A DNA stretch of 64,000 nucleotides from Terriglobia bacterium. Its GTDB lineage: Bacteria > Acidobacteriota > Terriglobia > Terriglobales > Acidobacteriaceae. A program made the position numbers and the translations under genes. The notes beneath the pieces are model-generated. The model was not told the DNA's origin. It did not search any database and saw only the letters and a program-made list of their open reading frames with translations. The stretch is taken from assembly GCA_963797725.1 (NCBI GenBank), contig CAWCQR010000009.1, forward strand, positions 206,769-270,768, written 5' to 3'. Shown here in pieces: positions 56,510-64,000 of the stretch (positions within the stretch are counted from its first letter, which is position 1; every line of letters begins with the position of its first letter).

Positions 56510-58291
56510 ATGGCTTGTCTGAAGTCTGCGTTGTGGACGGTTGCCGTGGCTTTGGTTTTGACTGCCGGGCTGGCTCAGGGTGCGGAAATCCAGGAGGCCA
56601 CCCTCGAGCGTAGCGTTGCCGTGAAGATGCGAGACGGAGTCATTCTTCATGCGGACATCTACCGGCCAAAAGCCGACGGCAAGTTTCCGGTGCTACTGCA
56701 GCGCACGCCGTATGACAAACGCAGCAGCGCGGAGTTCGCCTTCAGGGCGGCCGCGCATGGATTCGTCGCCATCGTTCAAGATGTGCGGGGACGATACACC
56801 TCCGAGGGAGAGTGGTACACATTCATACACGAATCCAATGATGGATACGACACGATTGAATGGGCCGCGGCTCTTCCATACTCGAACGGCAAGGTGGGCA
56901 TGTGGGGTGGTTCTTATGTTGGAGCGACTCAAATGCTCGCGGCGATCGCGCACCCACCGCATCTTGCAGGGATTTGCCCGGTAGTGACCGCGAGCAATTA
57001 TCACGACGGATGGACGTACCAGGGAGGAGCATTCGAGCAATGGTTCAACCAGTCGTGGACTTCAGGTTTGGCGGAGGACACTTTCAACCGAACGGTGATG
57101 AATAATACCAACGCGGTGCTGGGTGCATGGAAGCTTCCACTTGCCAGCTATCCACTATTCAATTTTCCTGACCCATCAGCGGCGCCTATCTCCACAGCAG
57201 CACTGGCTCCGTACTTCCTTGACTGGCTGGCTCACCCCAGTTACGACGATTATTGGAAGCCCTTAGCTATCGAAGAACATTACGCCGAAATCACGGTTCC
57301 TATCCTGCACATCGCCGCCTGGTATGACATTTTCCAGGGTGGCTCGCTGCGAAACTACATCGGGATCAAGGCACGCGGCGGAAGTGAAGCCGCCCGTCGT
57401 GGCCAGCACCTGCTGGTGACGATTGGAGGCCATGCCGGAAGCGGGCGCAAAATTGGCGATGTCGACTTCGGTCCTGCCGCCGCTGAAAACGATGAAAATG
57501 ACATCACCCTGAAGTGGTACCAGTATCTTTTTCAGGGCGCGCAAAATGAGTTTGCGGGCAAACCGGTGAAGATTTTTGTAATGGGCGCCAATCAGTGGCG
57601 GGAAGAGGATGACTGGCCACTGGCTCGCGCGCAGGGTACCAAGTATTTCCTGCATGCTGCCAAGAGTGCGAACTCGCTTCGAGGGGACGGTAGTCTTTCC
57701 ACGGTTATGCCGCGATCGGAGCCTTTGGATCACTTTGTTTATGATCCTGCAAATCCCACACCGACGATTGGCGGCCCTCTATGCTGCGACATTCAACATC
57801 TGGCGCCGGGCCCCCGCGATCAACGTCCGGTTGAGGCTCGCGACGATGTCCTCATCTACACCGCGCCAGCTTTCGCACAGGACACCGAAATCACCGGACC
57901 GGTCAGTCTTGAACTCTTTGCCCAGTCTTCGGCGGTGGACACTGACTTCGAAGCCAAGCTGGTGGACGTCGCTCCGGACGGCTTTGCCCAGAATCTGACA
58001 GAAGGGATCATCCGCGCCCGGTATCGCAATTCGCAAGAAAAACCTGAGCTGATGAATCCCGGACAAATCTACAAGTTCGTCATCGATTTGTGGGCGACCA
58101 GCAACGTTTTCCTGAAAGGACATTCGTTGCGACTGGAAGTTTCCAGCAGCAACTTCCCACGCTTCGACCGGAATATGAATACTGGCGAAACGCAGGCCTC
58201 AGCGCAGAAGTACGTCTCAGCAACGAATGCTGTGTATCACGATGCCGAGCATCCGTCGGCGCTAATCTTGCCTGTTGTTAAGACGCGCTGA
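56510..58291 (+). CDS. secreted CocE/NonD family hydrolase (X-Pro dipeptidyl-peptidase S15-like)
   Basis: 593 aa. Signal peptide. RDGVILHADIYRP. Nucleophile elbow GGSYVG. C-terminal jelly-roll region. Confidence 0.9.
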   Translation: MACLKSALWTVAVALVLTAGLAQGAEIQEATLERSVAVKMRDGVILHADIYRPKADGKFPVLLQRTPYDKRSSAEFAFRAAAHGFVAIVQDVRGRYTSEGEWYTFIHESNDGYDTIEWAAALPYSNGKVGMWGGSYVGATQMLAAIAHPPHLAGICPVVTASNYHDGWTYQGGAFEQWFNQSWTSGLAEDTFNRTVMNNTNAVLGAWKLPLASYPLFNFPDPSAAPISTAALAPYFLDWLAHPSYDDYWKPLAIEEHYAEITVPILHIAAWYDIFQGGSLRNYIGIKARGGSEAARRGQHLLVTIGGHAGSGRKIGDVDFGPAAAENDENDITLKWYQYLFQGAQNEFAGKPVKIFVMGANQWREEDDWPLARAQGTKYFLHAAKSANSLRGDGSLSTVMPRSEPLDHFVYDPANPTPTIGGPLCCDIQHLAPGPRDQRPVEARDDVLIYTAPAFAQDTEITGPVSLELFAQSSAVDTDFEAKLVDVAPDGFAQNLTEGIIRARYRNSQEKPELMNPGQIYKFVIDLWATSNVFLKGHSLRLEVSSSNFPRFDRNMNTGETQASAQKYVSATNAVYHDAEHPSALILPVVKTR

Positions 58292-58369
58292 GACTCCAAG
58301 ACCGGCGATGACCTGTCTGTGAGATTCCAAGTCCGAAAATTCTCACACGCGGGTTCGACACGGTTCGAA

Positions 58370-59542
58370 CTATTCGATCACTTCGAAGTTCTCCAGTGCC
58401 GATTCGTTGATAGTCAGACCCAGGCCTGGAGTTTTTTCGTCGAGATCGATGAAGCCATCTTTTGCCTTGGGCTCGCCGTCGAAAATGTACCAGAACAACT
58501 CATTGCCAACTTCTACGTCAACCACCGGAAAATACTCGGCCATAGGTGAATTCAGACTGGCCATGACGATGTGATAGTTGTGCATCTGTCCGGCGTGAGG
58601 AATCACCGGGACGGAATGTGCTTCAGCCATCGCAGCAATCTTGTGGGCCTGAGTAATGCCGCCGACACGATTCGTATCAAACTGGATGTAGTCGAGCGCA
58701 CGGGCTTCCAACAGATCGCGAAACCCATACGCCGTAAACTCGTGTTCGCCACCGGCTATCGGAATGCGTCCATAGGACTTCAGTTCAGCGTAACCGCACA
58801 CGTCGTCAGGGATGACGGGCTCTTCCAGCCATCTGAGATTAAATTGCTCGAGTAATGGCAGCATTCGCTTTGCATAGTCGAGAGTCCAGCCCATGTAAGC
58901 ATCGGCCATCACATCGACGCCATCACCAACGGCTTCGCGCACAGTGCGGACCAGCGCGAGATTGCGTTGCATACCCGCGGCTCCGTCTGCTGGCCCCCAG
59001 CCAAAACGCAGCTTCATCGCCTTATAGCCTTCCTTCTTGTAACGTTTGGCTTCGGCTTCCAGTTCTCTGAGTTCGACGCTATAAAGCCGGCTGGCATAAA
59101 CGGGAATGCGTTGTTTCGTCCTGCCTCCGAGCAACCGGTAAACCGGTTGCTTGGCCGACTTTCCCAAAATATCCCACAACGCGATATCGATGGCGCTGAT
59201 GGCGACCATCCCGATTCCCTTACGGCCAAACGCCATGGTTTTTCGGTACATGTTTTGCCACAAGAATTCTGTGTCCCAAGGGTCGCGGCCGATTAGCAGA
59301 GGTTTCAGATAAAGATCAATCATCTGTTTCGTAACCTGGGGGGCAAGCGCGGCATTGCCGATCCCGACCAGGCCATCGTCAGTGAAGATTTCGACAACCA
59401 GCCACCCATGGAAAGTAAAGGTCTGCATCGACCCCTCAGGCAGTTCGAGCAAGTCCATGGGATTGGTGCAAAAGTGAGGCGGCAACGGAACGGTTTTTCC
59501 TCGCCAGCGGACCAGCCGGGTACGAATCTCTTTAATTTTCAT
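58370..59542 (-). CDS. enolase-superfamily (mandelate racemase subgroup) acid-sugar dehydratase, rhamnonate/fuconate dehydratase-like
   Basis: 390 aa. Metal-ligand contexts DAYMGW, WLEEPV and AGGEHE. Capping domain with ISAIDIALWDILGK. Confidence 0.9.
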   Translation of the reverse strand: MKIKEIRTRLVRWRGKTVPLPPHFCTNPMDLLELPEGSMQTFTFHGWLVVEIFTDDGLVGIGNAALAPQVTKQMIDLYLKPLLIGRDPWDTEFLWQNMYRKTMAFGRKGIGMVAISAIDIALWDILGKSAKQPVYRLLGGRTKQRIPVYASRLYSVELRELEAEAKRYKKEGYKAMKLRFGWGPADGAAGMQRNLALVRTVREAVGDGVDVMADAYMGWTLDYAKRMLPLLEQFNLRWLEEPVIPDDVCGYAELKSYGRIPIAGGEHEFTAYGFRDLLEARALDYIQFDTNRVGGITQAHKIAAMAEAHSVPVIPHAGQMHNYHIVMASLNSPMAEYFPVVDVEVGNELFWYIFDGEPKAKDGFIDLDEKTPGLGLTINESALENFEVIE

Positions 59543-59596
59543 CGCGAATGATCACCGTGCTCCGAGATAGCTGAACTTTCGTGATTTTCAGAGTCC

Positions 59597-60343
<747 letters not shown>

Positions 60344-60589
60344 TCACCCTTAAGAATCAGCTTTCATCAAAAACGATTATCCTCGCACCGATGCCAGCGT
60401 TGCCGAGTTGTCTAATTTAGCCCACGCAGAGCCCGGGCTGGATGAATTCTACAATTGATCAGGAAGGAAAGAATCCAGGGAGGTTGCGGAATGGCTCCGA
60501 ATATTCGGAGCCACTCCAGTTCACTTGTATTGGAACCCGGCAGAATCACTCAAGTGATGGTAAATTCTTTTCCTGGCGCGATCGCCGAG

Positions 60590-61045
60590 CTATTTTCGGG
60601 TTGCAGATTTGGCGCGTCCGAGCAAGATGGTCAGCATTGCCTGCTGGGTTTCTTTCTTGACTTCAGGTTCTCTGGGGGACAGATCTACGCCCCAGAAGCT
60701 GTTTTGCGGCTGCACCGATTCAATGCCTGCCTGGAGTTCATTGGGGGCCAGTTGACGGACCCATGCGATCTGAAACTTCGCTCGCTGCGATCCACGCTGC
60801 AGGCTGACAATCATTCCGGGCTTCAACTCTGTGCGTAAAGCGCCAAGTCGAGCACCGCTATCGGTGATGTCCATCGTATGTGCGAGGTGAGTGGCCTGAT
60901 CGATAAAGACCTTGACCGGGAGTACCATTTTCCTGCGTTGCGATTTTCTCTTATCCAACATGGCAAGACCATTATGATGCGCCCGTGGTGAAGCGGTGAA
61001 GTTACGTGAGTAATCGCGCGCCAGTTTTTTTATGAAGCGGGACAA
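60590..61045 (-). CDS. PilZ domain protein (candidate c-di-GMP receptor)
   Basis: 151 aa. RKSQR (RxxxR) followed about 25 residues later by DITDSGARLG (D-x-S/T-x-x-G-like). Confidence 0.55.
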   Translation of the reverse strand: MSRFIKKLARDYSRNFTASPRAHHNGLAMLDKRKSQRRKMVLPVKVFIDQATHLAHTMDITDSGARLGALRTELKPGMIVSLQRGSQRAKFQIAWVRQLAPNELQAGIESVQPQNSFWGVDLSPREPEVKKETQQAMLTILLGRAKSATRK

Positions 61046-61075
61046 CGGGCTTGGAAAAAACCGAACGGCGTCTGA

Positions 61076-61270
61076 TTAGAGCGTTCTGCGAGAGTTATGG
61101 TGAAGATGTTCCTCGAAAGCGCGTTCCAGCGTTCCACTCCGTTGATCGGTTGCCTGCGCGACCGGCTCCTGAACGACGATCACCTCATGACAGAGAGAAC
61201 ACTCGCCGGAAACGGTTGCGCCCACCCGAAGTTTTGCGATCAGCTCCGCTTTATCGGACACCAAGGCCAT
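61076..61270 (-). CDS. possible small protein (64 aa) upstream of the PilZ gene
   Basis: The ORF ends 30 nt before the PilZ start on the same strand. Composition is protein-like, but no Shine-Dalgarno sequence sits next to the ATG. Confidence 0.25.
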   Translation of the reverse strand: MALVSDKAELIAKLRVGATVSGECSLCHEVIVVQEPVAQATDQRSGTLERAFEEHLHHNSRRTL

Positions 61271-61425
61271 GGTGCCACAGCTCGCTGTGCTGAATGTTGC
61301 ACGGTGCGGTACTCCTTCTCTTGAGGTCCAAAGCCTCTGTGTTCCTTGGATTGGTCTTTTAATCTTCGATGGTCGATGTCGTGGTACAACCGCCTATAGG
61401 TTATTTGAACCGGGAGAGATGCAAG

Positions 61426-62211
61426 ATGCCTTCATTGTTAAGAAAACACGCAACGGGTGCCAGTGATCAGCCCAAGGTTCCGGAGCCGTCATACGCGGAG
61501 CGAGCTCGTACCTTGTCATACCTCGGCCGGATCGGAAGTCTCTCTACGCTTTCCCGCAAACAGTCGGGCTTTCCATTCGGATCGGTCATGCCCTACGGGT
61601 TGGATGATCGCGGACGCCCCGTTCTATTGATCAGCACCATGGCTATGCACACGCAAAACCTGCAAGCTGATCCGCGCGCCAGTCTCCTGGTTACGCAGCC
61701 GGACGCGAGCGGCGATCCGCTCGGTGCTTCCCGAGTGACACTGGTGGGCAATGTCTTACCCATTGCGAAACCCGAAGTAGCCGGCGCGCGCGAGCTTTAT
61801 CTGGCCCGATATGAAAACAGCAAATACTGGGTCGACTTCGAAGACTTTTCCTTCTATCGCATGGATGTGGTGGATGTTTACTACGTGGGAGGCTTTGGAG
61901 TGATGGGCTGGGTCTCGATGGAAGAATACGCCACCGCCCAAGCTGATCCGCTAGCTGATCTCGCAGCCGGGATACTGCAGCATATGAATGCCGATCATAA
62001 AGATGCGCTCATCCTGTTGGCACGCGTATTCGCCGGCATCGAGGCTGAGGAAGCTTCTATGACCGCGGTCGACCGCCTGGGATTTCATGTGCGCCTGAAA
62101 ACTCCAGAGGGGATGAAGGGAGTGCGCATAGCGTTTTTGCGCGAAGTGAACGATTCTTCACAAGCTCGAAAGATTTTGGTCGAAATGGTGCAGCAGGCAC
62201 GTCAAGCTTAA
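61426..62211 (+). CDS. HugZ-like pyridoxamine-5-phosphate-oxidase-fold protein with a DUF2470 domain
   Basis: FPFGSVMPY and LVTQPD split-barrel motifs. C-terminal HMNADHKDAL (DUF2470). ATG 61426 with GGGAGAG upstream is preferred over the track start 61369. Confidence 0.8.
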   Translation: MPSLLRKHATGASDQPKVPEPSYAERARTLSYLGRIGSLSTLSRKQSGFPFGSVMPYGLDDRGRPVLLISTMAMHTQNLQADPRASLLVTQPDASGDPLGASRVTLVGNVLPIAKPEVAGARELYLARYENSKYWVDFEDFSFYRMDVVDVYYVGGFGVMGWVSMEEYATAQADPLADLAAGILQHMNADHKDALILLARVFAGIEAEEASMTAVDRLGFHVRLKTPEGMKGVRIAFLREVNDSSQARKILVEMVQQARQA

Positions 62212-62239
62212 TGGCGAATCGCGGCGGCAAGAATTCGTC

Positions 62240-63625
62240 TCAAGCTATTACGGGGACGTTGCTGACTCCGGCGGTGCCAAACACACGCCGGTAGCGTTCG
62301 ATTTCCGAAGCTGGTCCCAGCGCCTTCGCGTAGTTGTCGGAAAGCTTCACCGCCGCCCGGCCGTCAACATCGGAAACTTTGCAAATCAGACTGACCGGGT
62401 CGAACCCGCGACCCCCGGTGGGATCGCAACCGCGAAAATCGTTAGTCAGCAATGTACCCCAACCGGCGCTGAATCGAATTCGCCTGCCTGGAATCCATTT
62501 CCGCCGATCCTGGAAATCGGCAGGGCCGCGGAAATCACTTGCCGTTGCGCCACCGGCAATCGTCCCTCCAAAGTGGGCATGGAGACCAAGTATCTGATCG
62601 ACGTCCAACGCGTCCGATGCGATCATCAGCTTATTACGCGGCTCGCGACCACGAGCTTTCAGCCATTCGATGTATTCATCACCCGCAACATACGGATTCT
62701 TGCTGTCAATGCGCTGGCCGGTCCAGTCTGCCGCCCACTCGGGCGCGTCCTGCAAGAACTGGGTAGTGCCAAAAGTGTCCGGCAGCATGATCAGTAGCGC
62801 GCCTTCGTAGGTGTTCTGCCAAAGCTCGAGCACCCGGTACTGAGAAGCTTTCAAGGCTTGATCGTCCGGCGCGAGCGCAGCCAGCACCATGGGAATCTCG
62901 TGTGCGTTGGTTCCGATGGCTTCAAGATCGTGTTTGTGGGCGAGGAACGCATTCGACGTTCCGGTGAAGCTGTTGCCCAGGTTTCCCGCCATCGCCTCGA
63001 CGACATATTCCTGCCACAGAAAACTATGACGCCGCCGGGTGCCAAAGTCTGCCACCTTAAGTTCCGGAACACCACGCAGTTGTTCGATCTTTCCCCACAG
63101 CTTTGTTTTTGCCCTGGCGTACAAGACGTCCAGTCCGAATTCGCCGAGCCGTTTCAGATTGGCGCGGGTCTTCAGTTCATCCAGAATCGAGAGGGCATAG
63201 AGTTCCCACATCGTGGTATCGGTCCATAGGCCGTCAAAAGAAAGATGGAACTGTCCCTCTTTCACCGACAACTCATAATCCGACAATCGGAAGTCTCGTT
63301 CCAACCATGCCAGGAACGCGGGTTCAAAGATTCCGCGCTGACCGTAGAAAGTATTACCGGCCAGCCAAACCAGTTCAGACCTTCGAAACCGAAGCCCGCG
63401 CACGTGCTCCATTTGTGCGGCCAGTTCCTCCACCGCGAACATGTCCGCAAGCCGGACCGATGAGGTCCGATTGAACAATGAGAATGACACGTGGGTCTTG
63501 GGATAATGCTTCCAGATAAATTGCAGCATCAGAAGCTTGTAGAAATCGGTATCGAGCAGGGACCTCGTAACCGGGTCCAATTCCCAGTTGTGGTTATGCG
63601 CCCGCTCGGCGAAGTTCACGATCAT
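62240..63625 (-). CDS. pncB: nicotinate phosphoribosyltransferase
   Basis: 461 aa. N-terminal SLLDTDFYKLLMLQFIW, and FGTRRRHS in the catalytic domain, as in PncB. Confidence 0.9.
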   Translation of the reverse strand: MIVNFAERAHNHNWELDPVTRSLLDTDFYKLLMLQFIWKHYPKTHVSFSLFNRTSSVRLADMFAVEELAAQMEHVRGLRFRRSELVWLAGNTFYGQRGIFEPAFLAWLERDFRLSDYELSVKEGQFHLSFDGLWTDTTMWELYALSILDELKTRANLKRLGEFGLDVLYARAKTKLWGKIEQLRGVPELKVADFGTRRRHSFLWQEYVVEAMAGNLGNSFTGTSNAFLAHKHDLEAIGTNAHEIPMVLAALAPDDQALKASQYRVLELWQNTYEGALLIMLPDTFGTTQFLQDAPEWAADWTGQRIDSKNPYVAGDEYIEWLKARGREPRNKLMIASDALDVDQILGLHAHFGGTIAGGATASDFRGPADFQDRRKWIPGRRIRFSAGWGTLLTNDFRGCDPTGGRGFDPVSLICKVSDVDGRAAVKLSDNYAKALGPASEIERYRRVFGTAGVSNVPVIA

Positions 63626-63726
63626 TGGATACGATCCTCTAGCTCGATCCTCACAAATCCACTCTAACAGGCTGAGGAATAACTCAGAATAGCCACTGGT
63701 AACAAGGCCGGAAAAAGAAGGATCAC

Positions 63727-64000
63727 CTATGTCGTGCTGTCAAAAGAAGAAGGATGCCGGGAGCCAGTGGCAACCAATTTTTCCACACTCGCAATTGGCT
63801 GAATTCCGCCGCGCGCTCCAAGTGCTGTACAGTTTAGGGCGGCTGCGGCGCACGCGAAATCAAGCTGCCTCGGCAACTCCCAGCCTTGCAGCAGTCCGAA
63901 GATAAATCCGGCGTGAAAAATATCGCCGGCTCCGGTAGTGTCCACAGGCTTTACTTGAAATGCGGCCGCAAAATGGAACTGCAATCCGTCCCAGGCGAGT
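63727..64000 (-). CDS. PfkB/ribokinase-family carbohydrate kinase, partial (N-terminus beyond the window end)
   Basis: VDTTGAGDIFHAGF is the PfkB signature 2. The frame stays open to the window end (…LAWDGLQFHF…). Confidence 0.8.
   Translation of the reverse strand, partial: LAWDGLQFHFAAAFQVKPVDTTGAGDIFHAGFIFGLLQGWELPRQLDFACAAAALNCTALGARGGIQPIASVEKLVATGSRHPSSFDSTT

Noticed and set aside
58351-58372. GGTTCGA... segments resembling a tRNA T-loop between convergent genes
   Set aside because: No complementary T-stem, acceptor stem or anticodon arm can be drawn. The region is only 78 nt and partly palindromic (gttcgaac).

Overview
GC-rich, densely coding bacterial chromosomal segment with about 57 protein-coding genes. 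I recognised no rRNA, tRNA, CRISPR array, transposase, integrase or phage gene. The gene content suggests an Acidobacteriota-like soil bacterium (inference only): a Ser/Thr kinase fused to a TolB-like propeller, a CarboxypepD_reg-type TonB-dependent receptor, an HTH/TolB-like/TPR protein, many secreted beta-propellers and an ECF sigma/anti-sigma pair. The first 21 kb holds housekeeping and accessory genes: an Ada-AraC-AlkA fusion, the kinase, an amine oxidase, a phosphoesterase, a multicopper oxidase, the ECF pair and a MarR-ClC pair. From 21.8 to 28.3 kb there is a minus-strand run of GntR, O-methyltransferase, a Cys-rich unknown protein, a 4Fe-4S protein of unknown type, an MFS transporter, a haem-c/HhH fusion and a BKACE enzyme. 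From 32.5 to 40.2 kb a TonB-dependent receptor is followed by a BBE-type FAD oxidase, a lactonase and a PHM/DBH-like copper monooxygenase. From 41.7 to 53.9 kb there is a repeated module of secreted bicupin paralogs, beta-propeller lactonases, a cytochrome-c-fused sugar dehydrogenase and a PQQ dehydrogenase. From 54.1 to 60.3 kb lies a cytoplasmic FAH hydrolase, MFS transporter, enolase-superfamily dehydratase and SDR set typical of non-phosphorylative 6-deoxy-hexonate catabolism. The best candidates for something undescribed are the bicupin/propeller module, the translationally coupled Fe-S plus Cys-rich protein plus O-methyltransferase operon, and an anti-sigma factor whose outer domain looks like a catalytically degenerate HNH nuclease. 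All family calls come from reading motifs in the supplied translations. No database search was run.
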